A stretch of 64,000 bases of DNA from a virus. Its lineage: Duplodnaviria > Caudoviricetes. The notes under the pieces are model-generated. The model searched no databases and was not told the DNA's origin. It worked only from the letters and a program-made list of their open reading frames with translations. Below, in pieces: positions 38,974 to 47,731 of this stretch. The position numbers were made by a program, and so were the translations under genes. The stretch lies in IMG/VR virus record IMGVR_UViG_3300025401_000648; one strand, given 5' to 3'. Positions within the stretch are counted from its first letter, which is position 1. Each line of letters begins with the position of its first letter.

Positions 38974-41287
38974 CGAATTTAAAAAAATCTCCAAGGGTAC
39001 AGAAACCCGTTATATTCTAGAAAGCGAAACTGCTGGTGCCACTGGCAGTGGATCTATTGCCACTGTGCCAGGTGGTATGGGTGGTGTTCGTAAACGTGGC
39101 GGAAACTTGTTAGCTCAGGAAGGCAATAAAGAAAAAGTTCCTGCTACTAAGCCAAGAAACTTTGTGGCCAAGAATGCCAAGATGGGCGGTGCTGGCGCAC
39201 ACAAGGATAAGAAGAAGGCTGAGAAGCAGGGTGATGTAAAACATCGTAAACCATTTGCCGAACAAGGTGTGGCGGAAGGCTCCGGAGGCAATTGGTATAT
39301 TCGGGTCAACGGTAAAATCCTCAATGACACCAAGTATAAGCCAGAGATTTTCTCATCTGAGGACGAGGCAAGAAGTCACGCAATGAAACTTGCTGATAAG
39401 AAACGCATACCGTTGTCACAAATTAAATTAACAAAAAGTTGGATGGATGCTCCTGAGCAAGGTGTGGCGGAAGGCAGTATATCTGACTTATTGAATAAAG
39501 ATTCAGCATCACCAAAATTCAATGACCATCCAGCACCACTCAAAACAAAACATTCTGGTAGCATTCCAACGCCCTACGAAAAAGGTAGATTAGATGCTCA
39601 TAGAAAAAAGCCATATAACAATATCCACAAAGACAAGCAAGATGCGGAAGATTATAAAACTGGTTATGGGCACGTTAAATCTAAGCAAGGTGTGGCGGAA
39701 GGCTCGGGAAAGAATGTAGTCAAGTCAGTCAAGGTAGGAAACTTTAGACACGATTTGGTCAATACTGGAATGGGTTGGCAGGTTCGTATCTATAACGGTG
39801 ATGAACTTTATGATACTGGGTTGAGCAAGAACTCTGAAGAAAAAGGTTTAGCCGCATTGGATAACTCAGTGGCATACACTAAAAAGCAACTAAACATTAA
39901 AGAGCAAGGTGTGGCGGAAGGCGCTCCAGAACTATTGAAGAAAGAAATGCCACTACATCGTCATGCTGAAAAATTATTAGCACAAAATGGCGTCAGTAAA
40001 GATGATCCAGATTATCGCCATCATCTTGGTAACACGATAAAACATCTTCGTCAGTTTGGTAATATTGATTTGATTAACAAGAGTGACGAGCAAGGTGTGG
40101 CGGAAGAGTGGAGTCAAAAATATAAATCTAGTATCAACTGCTCACATCCAAAAGGTTTCTCACAAAAGGCTCACTGTGCAGGCAAGAAAAAGCACACGGA
40201 AAGTATGATGACAATGGAAGCAGTATGTCCTGATTGTGGTATGTGCCAAACACACGGCAACTTGAATGAGATCAAGAAAGGTGCTAAAGACAGTAATGGA
40301 TTTACCAAATGCTGGCCTGGACATCATGCGGCAGGTACTAAGAAAGGTAAGAACGGTGGACAAGTTCGTAACTGTGTGCCTAATGAAAGTTTGTCAGAAG
40401 GTTGGGGTATGGGCGGTTATGAAACTGCCAAGGTACAGCCAATTGAACCAGGCAAAGGCATTGATAAAGAAATAGGTGAAAATCCAGATTGGTACAATGA
40501 CGAAGCAAATAGCATGAGCACTGCTCAACTAAAGAGTTTGGTCAAACATGCTACTAAGCTCCGCCATGCTGTCAAACAAATGCAAGCACAAGGCGATACA
40601 TTAGAACCTTGGCAACAAAGCAAAGTTACCAAAGCCGCAGATTATTTAGATGCTGTATTCAATGCTGTAGATGACGAACATGACATGGACGAAGAGGAAG
40701 GAGCAGGCGGAATGTTAAGCCCTATATCAGAAGCTCCAATTGATATGGATCCGTCCGAACCAATGAATCCAATGATATACGGACATCAAGGTGTTAATCC
40801 TGCTAAACTAAAAGATCGAATGATGAGGGCCGCTGGTCAATTAAAAGATCTAGCACAAAGAGCAGAATCAGGAAGTGCGTTAGGCTGGGAAAGTATCACT
40901 CGTCACTTTGAAGAATTGGCAATGAACATTGAACAAATACGTCATGCTTTAGAAGAGCTGGCTAACAAACGTAAGAAAGGTGGCATTGGTTCAAGAGGTA
41001 TTGATCCACACATTGGCGAAAGTGATCATCCTGATGAAAAAGAAGATAAAGCACTTATTCGTAAAATGGTCAAGGCACAAGCATTGAAACAAGAAGACAG
41101 TTATATGGCTGAGCTACAGGCCAAACTAGCTGAAAAGATTCCCAAGAATGCTCCTGTAGATGTTTATATCAAAGATTTTGAAAAATCCAATGCTCCACAG
41201 TTCCGTGGTAAGACAAAGGAAAAACGTCGTCAAATGGCCATTGCCGCCAGTTACGGTGCTAAAAATCCTAGCAAGAAGAAAAAATGA
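38966..41287 (+). CDS. Modular polyprotein, probable internal head protein
   Basis: 773 aa; five QGVAE linkers separating unrelated ~60-70 aa modules, followed by basic Cys/Lys-rich modules. Confidence 0.75.
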   Translation: MTNEFKKISKGTETRYILESETAGATGSGSIATVPGGMGGVRKRGGNLLAQEGNKEKVPATKPRNFVAKNAKMGGAGAHKDKKKAEKQGDVKHRKPFAEQGVAEGSGGNWYIRVNGKILNDTKYKPEIFSSEDEARSHAMKLADKKRIPLSQIKLTKSWMDAPEQGVAEGSISDLLNKDSASPKFNDHPAPLKTKHSGSIPTPYEKGRLDAHRKKPYNNIHKDKQDAEDYKTGYGHVKSKQGVAEGSGKNVVKSVKVGNFRHDLVNTGMGWQVRIYNGDELYDTGLSKNSEEKGLAALDNSVAYTKKQLNIKEQGVAEGAPELLKKEMPLHRHAEKLLAQNGVSKDDPDYRHHLGNTIKHLRQFGNIDLINKSDEQGVAEEWSQKYKSSINCSHPKGFSQKAHCAGKKKHTESMMTMEAVCPDCGMCQTHGNLNEIKKGAKDSNGFTKCWPGHHAAGTKKGKNGGQVRNCVPNESLSEGWGMGGYETAKVQPIEPGKGIDKEIGENPDWYNDEANSMSTAQLKSLVKHATKLRHAVKQMQAQGDTLEPWQQSKVTKAADYLDAVFNAVDDEHDMDEEEGAGGMLSPISEAPIDMDPSEPMNPMIYGHQGVNPAKLKDRMMRAAGQLKDLAQRAESGSALGWESITRHFEELAMNIEQIRHALEELANKRKKGGIGSRGIDPHIGESDHPDEKEDKALIRKMVKAQALKQEDSYMAELQAKLAEKIPKNAPVDVYIKDFEKSNAPQFRGKTKEKRRQMAIAASYGAKNPSKKKK

Positions 41288-41568
41288 AAATTGTAGAGTT
41301 GATCAATGAGAGTGATGACAATTGGGATGAGTTATCTCAAAAAGTATCAAAAAAATCAGCTGATCAAGCAATCAAACATCTTCAAAAGGATTTAAAAGAT
41401 CCTATTGGATATGAAGCAGTGGACCATATGATGACCAGTATAGCTAAAAAATACAATATGACTCCTCATGACCTACATTTATTATTTGTAGAAAAAGTTG
41501 GCACTACACCAGATGTTTGGATTAGAAAAATCGGTCCAAGTTTAGACAAGTGGATTAACAAAAAATGA
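41284..41568 (+). CDS. Hypothetical protein with CTS-like N-terminus (MKIVELINES)
   Basis: ATGA overlap; KKYNMTPHDLHLLFVEK..TPDVWI domain homologous to next gene. Confidence 0.7.
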   Translation: MKIVELINESDDNWDELSQKVSKKSADQAIKHLQKDLKDPIGYEAVDHMMTSIAKKYNMTPHDLHLLFVEKVGTTPDVWIRKIGPSLDKWINKK

Positions 41569-42002
41569 AAATCCGTGAACTAGTTGAGGCTATGAAGCCG
41601 GAACATGTGTCAGGTAAGGAAAAACCTGGTGCCGTAGATGCATTAGAAAAAAGATTATTGGCTGCTAAAAAATCTGGTACAAAATTCAACTACGACGTCA
41701 TTGATCAAATGATGCAAAAAATCTGTAGAGAATTTAATCTCACAGGCGATAAACTTCATAATGATTTTGTAAAGAAACATAATCTTGTTCCAGACAATTG
41801 GATTAAGAAAGATCTTAACGTAGAAGAAAACTTTGCTGATGGTAAGCATCCAGGACGTAAAGGATTAGCCAAACGCAGTGGTGTAAATACAAAAGCCAGT
41901 GTTAGTAGCCTACGCAAAACTGCCAAACACAGCACAGGTGAAAAACAACGTATGGCACATTGGTTGGCCAATATGAAAGCAGGGAGAGCCAAGAAAAAAT
42001 GA
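41565..42002 (+). CDS. Hypothetical protein with CTS-like N-terminus (MKIRELVEA)
   Basis: REFNLTGDKLHNDFVKKH..VPDNWI domain plus basic C-terminal module after NVEEN. Confidence 0.7.
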   Translation: MKIRELVEAMKPEHVSGKEKPGAVDALEKRLLAAKKSGTKFNYDVIDQMMQKICREFNLTGDKLHNDFVKKHNLVPDNWIKKDLNVEENFADGKHPGRKGLAKRSGVNTKASVSSLRKTAKHSTGEKQRMAHWLANMKAGRAKKK

Positions 42003-42418
42003 GAGCATCAGAATTCATAATTGAAACAGCCGCTTGGCAAAAATCATCAGGTAAAAATAAAAATGGTGGTTTAAACAAAAAAGGTGTGGCCAGTTATCGT
42101 AGAGAGCATCCTGGATCAAAATTACAAACTGCTGTGACCACTAAGCCCAGCAAGTTGAAAAAAGGTAGCAAAGCCAGTAAACGTCGAGCAAGTTTTTGTG
42201 CTCGTATGAAAGGTATGAAAAAACATCGTACAGGAGCCTCCACCAAGAGAGATCCAAACAGTCGCATAAACAAAAGTCTACGCAAGTGGCATTGTGAAAG
42301 TGTTGAGCAATTATACGGCGTGTTACAAGCATTGAGAGAAGCAGCCAATCCAGCACAGCAGGCTGCTATTGCTATCAATATGAAGAAGAATCATAAAAAG
42401 CCTAAGAATACAAAATAA
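41999..42418 (+). CDS. Basic hypothetical protein with CTS-like N-terminus (MRASEFIIET)
   Basis: Start moved to ATG 41999 (ATGA overlap); GGLNKKG...RRASFCARM...SLRKWHC module. Confidence 0.7.
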   Translation: MRASEFIIETAAWQKSSGKNKNGGLNKKGVASYRREHPGSKLQTAVTTKPSKLKKGSKASKRRASFCARMKGMKKHRTGASTKRDPNSRINKSLRKWHCESVEQLYGVLQALREAANPAQQAAIAINMKKNHKKPKNTK

Positions 42419-42422
42419 AAAT

Positions 42423-42752
42423 ATGTCAAATAACTATAATTGGATTATTTCAAAATTAGATTGTATTCCCAATGCCAATGGTTTGGAAAATGTGATTCAA
42501 TCAATACATTGGAGATTTGGTGGTACTGACGGCACTAACTATGCCGATGTATTTGGGGAAGTTATACTGGATAGTCCGGATCCTGATTCATTCATATTAT
42601 ATAAAGATTTGAGTGAAGAGCAAATTATAAACTGGATCACCGCATCATTAGGTGAAGAAGCAATAATATCTTTTAAGAAAACAATAGATGCCAAAATTTC
42701 CGCAATAGTCAACCCACCCGTGGTAAATCCTGCGTTTCCTTGGGTTATTTAA
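42423..42752 (+). CDS. Hypothetical protein, possibly fibre-associated
   Basis: YNWIISKLDC...IHWRF...LPW-like end; 109 aa. Confidence 0.6.
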   Translation: MSNNYNWIISKLDCIPNANGLENVIQSIHWRFGGTDGTNYADVFGEVILDSPDPDSFILYKDLSEEQIINWITASLGEEAIISFKKTIDAKISAIVNPPVVNPAFPWVI

Positions 42753-42778
42753 ATTAATATCTAAAAATTCCAAAACAC

Positions 42779-42807
42779 TTGATCTCCTGACTTCACTAGC
42801 GTATAGT
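42779..42807 (+). promoter_or_regulatory. Sigma70-type promoter
   Basis: TTGATC-17-TATAGT. Confidence 0.55.
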
Positions 42808-42829
42808 AAGTGAATAAGGAGATTTTTTT

Positions 42830-43102
42830 ATGAGTAAAGCGTTCGGCGCCCCAGAACAGGCAAAGATTAAACAGATTGTAGCAGAAGGTATGACTGTGAT
42901 GCAGGAAATTCAAGACCTTACTGAGGGGTTGAATGATACAATTAAAGCAGTAGCCGAAGAATTGGAAGTCAAACCCAGTGTTATTAAGCGGGCCATTAAA
43001 ATTGCCCAAAAAGATCAATGGGATCAAGTATTCCGTGAATTTGATGATTTGGAAACTATCGTTGATATTGCCGGACACGCAAATCGTCGACAAGACGTTT
43101 GA
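42830..43102 (+). CDS. Small DNA-binding protein (T4 DsbA-like)
   Basis: EIQDLTEGLNDTIKAVAEELEVKPSVIKRAIKIA helical pattern; SD AAGGAG. Confidence 0.55.
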   Translation: MSKAFGAPEQAKIKQIVAEGMTVMQEIQDLTEGLNDTIKAVAEELEVKPSVIKRAIKIAQKDQWDQVFREFDDLETIVDIAGHANRRQDV

Positions 43103-43134
43103 TAAAAGTACTTGATATTAATTAACCAATTTAC

Positions 43135-43163
43135 TTGATCTATCTTACACAGATCTGTAATAT
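43135..43163 (+). promoter_or_regulatory. Sigma70-type promoter
   Basis: TTGATC-17-TAATAT. Confidence 0.5.
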
Positions 43164-43208
43164 AACTAATAACTGATGTATATCAGCATACAACAAAAGG
43201 AAATAAAG

Positions 43209-43481
43209 ATGAAAACAATTAGTCAAGAAACAAAAACATACAAGCTATTGACCGCATTAAAGAGCGGCGAAAAGTTTACAGCATCACAAGCTGAAAAGCG
43301 TTTTGGTATCAAGAACATCAGCGCAGAAGCAAGTCGTCTTCGTCAAGCTGGACACGCTATCTATGCTCGTAGCCGTAAAGCTGGCAACGGTGTTAATGTA
43401 ACTGAGTATCACTTGGATCGTCCAACCCGCAAGATGGTTGCTTTGGCATACAAGGCACAAAGCCTAGGCATTACACTGTAA
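43209..43481 (+). CDS. Small winged-HTH-like protein
   Basis: LLTALKSGEKFTASQAEKRFGIKNISAEASRLRQAGHAIY; SD AAGGA; followed by terminator. Confidence 0.6.
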   Translation: MKTISQETKTYKLLTALKSGEKFTASQAEKRFGIKNISAEASRLRQAGHAIYARSRKAGNGVNVTEYHLDRPTRKMVALAYKAQSLGITL

Positions 43482-43501
43482 TTTGAGCTTGCTCAGTAAT
43501 C

Positions 43502-43523
43502 AACCCGCTTAGGCGGGTTTTTT
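43502..43523 (+). terminator. Intrinsic terminator between convergent genes
   Basis: AACCCGC-TTAG-GCGGGTT followed by TTTT. Confidence 0.85.
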
Positions 43524-44583
43524 ATTGACTTTTGTAGTCTCGGTATCGTTGTCCGGACACTTCGCCTGAGAATAATTTTTTAACATATTCCAGACCTTTG
43601 GTCAATGCGTCTCTATCTTTGACAGCGCGGGCTTGACTGGCATCTGTACTAGCCTTGTCACGTTTGGGCGCAGTGATAGCATGTTGCGATTTTTCTACAT
43701 AGTGATTGGCAAATTGATTAATAAAGTCATCGGCAGAACTGAATCGTTCCAAATCACCCTTACCAAACATTCCATTTAATTCACAGCTACGAGCAAACCC
43801 CTTAACACCATTAACCAAACGTTCTACATTAACATTCATTGTGTCAACACCAGGATTGGCCTTTAGTAGTGGATCAATCTTGGGATTTTCTATTCCAAGT
43901 TCTTCTGCCTCATGTAGGAATATGTCTAATACCCAGCGTTTGATATCTTGCCCTACTGTGTGTAGGTTGTAATTCTTAAGCGTCTTGCCATAATTAACTT
44001 TTTTTCCATTTACAGTTTTGTATTGGATGCCCTTGTGCTGCAGGTTAACTGGAATCAATTCGCTCATTGTGGCAAAGATATTACCGTTTAGTAAACCTTT
44101 TAATCCATGTTCTCCTGTGGCACGATAACGGCCCCATTCGGCAGTCTTTTCTGGATGCGGCATAATATCTACTTGTACCTTACTACCATCACCCAATATG
44201 AACATGGGCTGTGCTCCTCGACTTTCAGCTTTATCAATATAGGATAAATTTGAATCTTGAATAAATTTATTGATTAATGTGCCCCAGCGACCCTGAACTT
44301 GCCCACTGGTCATATCATCATATTCTGGTAAATCTGGAATAATAACCTGTAGATCCATGTCACCATATATGGTGTTTTCTGGATCATCGAGTTCATGATA
44401 AGCGGCGGATCCTGTGGGATGACCAACTTTCATAGGTCCAAGCCCCTGTTGTTTTAACCAAGGATTGAAATCTTTAAGGAAATTATCTACTGCAACAATT
44501 CCCTGTTTTACCACTTTGGCTTTGATGCCAGGATTATCTCCGGTGGTCCACCCGCCTTCAACAATTAATTCTCTAATTTTCAT
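43522..44583 (-). CDS. Pol-beta superfamily nucleotidyltransferase with CTS-like N-terminus (MKIRELIVEGG)
   Basis: PTGS...YGDMDLQV...VQVDI catalytic pattern; TAAATA late core 7 nt before ATG 44583. Confidence 0.7.
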   Translation of the reverse strand: MKIRELIVEGGWTTGDNPGIKAKVVKQGIVAVDNFLKDFNPWLKQQGLGPMKVGHPTGSAAYHELDDPENTIYGDMDLQVIIPDLPEYDDMTSGQVQGRWGTLINKFIQDSNLSYIDKAESRGAQPMFILGDGSKVQVDIMPHPEKTAEWGRYRATGEHGLKGLLNGNIFATMSELIPVNLQHKGIQYKTVNGKKVNYGKTLKNYNLHTVGQDIKRWVLDIFLHEAEELGIENPKIDPLLKANPGVDTMNVNVERLVNGVKGFARSCELNGMFGKGDLERFSSADDFINQFANHYVEKSQHAITAPKRDKASTDASQARAVKDRDALTKGLEYVKKLFSGEVSGQRYRDYKSQ

Positions 44584-44606
44584 AGTAAAGTATTTATTCA
44601 AAACAG

Positions 44607-44635
44607 TTGTGTCAAATTGCTATAGCTGTTATACT
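44607..44635 (+). promoter_or_regulatory. Sigma70-type promoter (extended -10), divergent from a late promoter on the minus strand
   Basis: TTGTGT-17-TATACT with TGn; TATTTA (minus-strand TAAATA) at 44591-44596. Confidence 0.55.
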
Positions 44636-44640
44636 TGTTT

Positions 44641-44937
44641 ATGAATGAATTATTTAGACCCACCTTAGAATGGATACGCGATGATTATCGAAGTAACCCT
44701 TTTCGTTTTTTTGTTGAGCTTGTTGCTTGGGCGATTAGTATTGGCTGTAGTATCACAATGGCCTTTACTGTTCCCAATCCACCTCTCATTATTCTTTATC
44801 CTATTTGGATTAGTGGCTGTGCCATGTATGCTTGGTCTGCTTATACTAGGCAATCATTTGGCATGCTGGCTAACTACATCTTGCTAGTAAGCATAGATTC
44901 TGTTGGCTTAATTAGAATGTTAGCTAAATATTTGTGA
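44641..44937 (+). CDS. Hypothetical membrane protein
   Basis: Three hydrophobic segments; ATG 44641 sits at the predicted TSS (possibly leaderless). Confidence 0.7.
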   Translation: MNELFRPTLEWIRDDYRSNPFRFFVELVAWAISIGCSITMAFTVPNPPLIILYPIWISGCAMYAWSAYTRQSFGMLANYILLVSIDSVGLIRMLAKYL

Positions 44938-44947
44938 GAAAGGTACA

Positions 44948-44997
44948 GCGAGCCATAAATCGCATCATGGTATTTGAGAGCCGTAAATCTCAAGGAG
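44948..44997 (+). promoter_or_regulatory. Tandem RNA hairpins with identical-type loop in DNA polymerase leader
   Basis: GCGA-GCCATAAA-TCGC and TTGAGA-GCCGTAAA-TCTCAA, immediately followed by GGAG SD. Confidence 0.65.
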
Positions 44998-45006
44998 AAA
45001 AATAAT

Positions 45007-47676
45007 ATGAGTTATGTTGATGCCATTTGGGATCGCGAAAAAGACATTGTCAAAGTCATTGAGCGTGATCCAAAACAGGGTAGACTCTATCAAGAGTACA
45101 ATGCCCGCTATCTATTTTATTATCCAGACCAACGAGGAAAATTCAAAAGCATCTTTGGAGAAAACTTATCCAAAGTAACTGCTCGTAGCTGGAAAGAATT
45201 CATTAAAGAACAAAAAATCCATTCTTCTCATAAACTATATGAGAGCGATATCAATCCTGTATTCCGTTGTTTAGAAGAAAACTATCTTGGCAAAGATGCT
45301 CCAAAATTAAATGTAGCATTTTTTGATATTGAGGTGGACTTTGATCCAGAACGTGGCTACGCAAGTCCAGACGATGCGTTTATGCCAATTACTGCGATTG
45401 CTGTCCACCTACAATGGATGGATACTCTAGTATGCCTTGCTGTTCCTCCAAAGACTTTAACCATGGAACAAGCACAAGATCAAGTTAAAGAATTTCCCAA
45501 CACTATACTGTTTGAAACAGAATACGAAATGTTGGATACATTCTTAAATCTAATTGAAGATGCTGATGTGCTAAGTGGATGGAACAGTGAAGGGTTTGAT
45601 ATTCCCTATACTGTTAATCGTGTTACAAAAGTTCTAAGTAAAGAAGATACCCGTAGATTTTGTCTTTGGGGAGCCATGCCAAAGAAACGTGAATTTGAAA
45701 AATATGGAAAAACTGCTGTTACCTATGACCTTGTTGGTCGTGTTCACCTTGATAGTCTCGAGTTGTACAGAAAATATACCTATGAAGAACGCCACACATA
45801 TCGACTGGATGCAATTGGAGAGATGGAAATAGGCGAAAGCAAGACTGTTTACGAAGGTACGTTGGACCAGTTATACAATAATGATTTCCGTAAATTTATT
45901 GAATATAATAGACAAGACTGTGCCTTGCTTGATAAGTTGGATAAAAAGTTAAAATTCATTGACCTTGCTAATACTGTTGCTCACGAAAATACTGTGTTAC
46001 TACAAACTACAATGGGTGCTGTGGCTGTTACAGAACAGGCTATTGTAAATGAAGCACATCACAGAGGTATGATGGTACCAAGTCGCCCCAAACGAGATGA
46101 TACCGTAAGTAATCAGGCGGCAGGTGCGTATGTTGCTTATCCAAAAAAAGGCATCCATGACTACATTGGATCAATGGATATTAACAGTTTGTACCCGTCT
46201 GTGATTCGTGCGCTGAACATGGGTCCAGAAACGATTGTGGGTCAGTTACGCCAAGATTATACTAAAGAAGAAATTGAAAACAAAATGGCCAAGAAAGAAA
46301 GTTTCGCTGGCGCATGGGAAGGTAAGTTTGGCAGTAATGAATATGAATTTGTTATGAACCGAGATCGAAGTCATGATATTATCATTGATTGGGAGAATGG
46401 CGAAACCACTATTATGAGTGGTGCTCAAATTTATGAACTTATCTTTGAAAGTAATAATCCATGGATGCTAAGTGCCAATGGTACTATCTTTACCTATGAA
46501 AAAGAAGGTATCATTCCTGGTTTACTAAAACGTTGGTATAGTGAACGTAAAGAAATGCAGGCCAAGCTCAAAGAAGCAATTAAAGCGGAGAATAAAATTG
46601 AAGAAGAATACTGGGACAAAAGACAACTGGTTAAAAAAATTAACCTCAATAGCCTATATGGTGCTATTCTTAACGCTGGTTGTAGGTTCTTTGATAATCG
46701 TATTGGACAATCCACAACTCTTTCCGGACGTGGTATCGCCCGCCATATGGCCGCAAAGATAAATGAAGTTATCACTGGAGAGTACAACCATATTGGTAAA
46801 AGCATTATCTATGGTGATACTGACTCTGCCTACTTTAGTGCTTATTCATCTTTAAAGAACGAAATTGCCAAAGGTGAAATTCCTTGGAACAAGGACACAG
46901 TGGTTCAACTATATGATACCATTGCTGAAGAAGTAAATTCAACATTCCCAGATTTCATGCTAGAAGCACATCACTGTCCTCGCAGCCGTGGCGATGTTAT
47001 CCGTGCTGGTCGTGAAATTGTTGCTATCAAAGGCCTGTTTATTACCAAGAAGCGTTATGCCGTACTGTATTATGACAAGGAAGGCAAACGCAGTGACGTA
47101 GATGGCAAGCCAGGTAAGATCAAGGCCATGGGCTTGGATTTGAAACGCAGTGACACTCCTGAATTTATGCAGAAGTTTTTGGAAGAAGTTCTTACCAAAG
47201 TACTCAATGGTAGTGAAGAAAAAGAAATTCTAGAGATGATCAGTGAATTCCGTACAGAATTTAAAGCCCGACCAGGTTGGGAGAAAGGAAGTCCAAAACG
47301 TGCCAACAACATTACAGAATATCAAGAAAAAGAGAAGAAATTTGGCAAGGCTAATATGCCTGGTCATGTTAGAGCAAGTATTAATTGGAATACGCTCAAA
47401 AGAATGAATGGTGACAAATACAGTCAGCAAATTGTTGATGGTATGAAAGTTATCGTTTGTAAACTAAAGGGTAACCCCTTGGGATATACATCAGTAGCAT
47501 ATCCTGTGGACGAACTACGGTTGCCTAAATGGTTTCAAGAACTTCCGTTTGATCATGAAGAAATGGAAGCTACCATTATTAACAATAAGATTGAAAACCT
47601 TATTGGCGTATTAGAATGGGACTTGAGCAGTACTACTGAGACTAATACGTTTGGCAACTTGTTTTCGTTTGATTAA
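45007..47676 (+). CDS. Family B DNA polymerase (T4 gp43-like)
   Basis: Exo FFDIEVD, GWNSEGFD; motif A DINSLYPS, motif B KKINLNSLYG, motif C YGDTDS; start moved to ATG 45007. Confidence 0.96.
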   Translation: MSYVDAIWDREKDIVKVIERDPKQGRLYQEYNARYLFYYPDQRGKFKSIFGENLSKVTARSWKEFIKEQKIHSSHKLYESDINPVFRCLEENYLGKDAPKLNVAFFDIEVDFDPERGYASPDDAFMPITAIAVHLQWMDTLVCLAVPPKTLTMEQAQDQVKEFPNTILFETEYEMLDTFLNLIEDADVLSGWNSEGFDIPYTVNRVTKVLSKEDTRRFCLWGAMPKKREFEKYGKTAVTYDLVGRVHLDSLELYRKYTYEERHTYRLDAIGEMEIGESKTVYEGTLDQLYNNDFRKFIEYNRQDCALLDKLDKKLKFIDLANTVAHENTVLLQTTMGAVAVTEQAIVNEAHHRGMMVPSRPKRDDTVSNQAAGAYVAYPKKGIHDYIGSMDINSLYPSVIRALNMGPETIVGQLRQDYTKEEIENKMAKKESFAGAWEGKFGSNEYEFVMNRDRSHDIIIDWENGETTIMSGAQIYELIFESNNPWMLSANGTIFTYEKEGIIPGLLKRWYSERKEMQAKLKEAIKAENKIEEEYWDKRQLVKKINLNSLYGAILNAGCRFFDNRIGQSTTLSGRGIARHMAAKINEVITGEYNHIGKSIIYGDTDSAYFSAYSSLKNEIAKGEIPWNKDTVVQLYDTIAEEVNSTFPDFMLEAHHCPRSRGDVIRAGREIVAIKGLFITKKRYAVLYYDKEGKRSDVDGKPGKIKAMGLDLKRSDTPEFMQKFLEEVLTKVLNGSEEKEILEMISEFRTEFKARPGWEKGSPKRANNITEYQEKEKKFGKANMPGHVRASINWNTLKRMNGDKYSQQIVDGMKVIVCKLKGNPLGYTSVAYPVDELRLPKWFQELPFDHEEMEATIINNKIENLIGVLEWDLSSTTETNTFGNLFSFD

Positions 47677-47684
47677 TTTAATCA

Positions 47685-47713
47685 TTGACTTTTTCGCTTG
47701 ACCTAAATAAACT
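47685..47713 (+). promoter_or_regulatory. Sigma70-type promoter with embedded TAAATA
   Basis: TTGACT-17-TAAACT; TAAATA at 47704-47709. Confidence 0.55.
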
Positions 47714-47731
47714 TATATAAAGGAAAATATT

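Larger units (their letters stand above)
37789..40106 (+). repeat. Six in-frame copies of CAAGGTGTGGCGGA(AGGC), coding QGVAE(G)
   Basis: Copies start at 37789, 39263, 39458, 39686, 39905 and 40091; spacings in the array 195, 228, 219 and 186 nt. Confidence 0.9.

Noticed and set aside
39263-40106. CRISPR array interpretation of the 18-nt repeats
   Set aside because: Repeat too short and non-palindromic, spacers ~170-210 nt, all in frame within one ORF, and no cas genes; treated as a coding cassette array instead.
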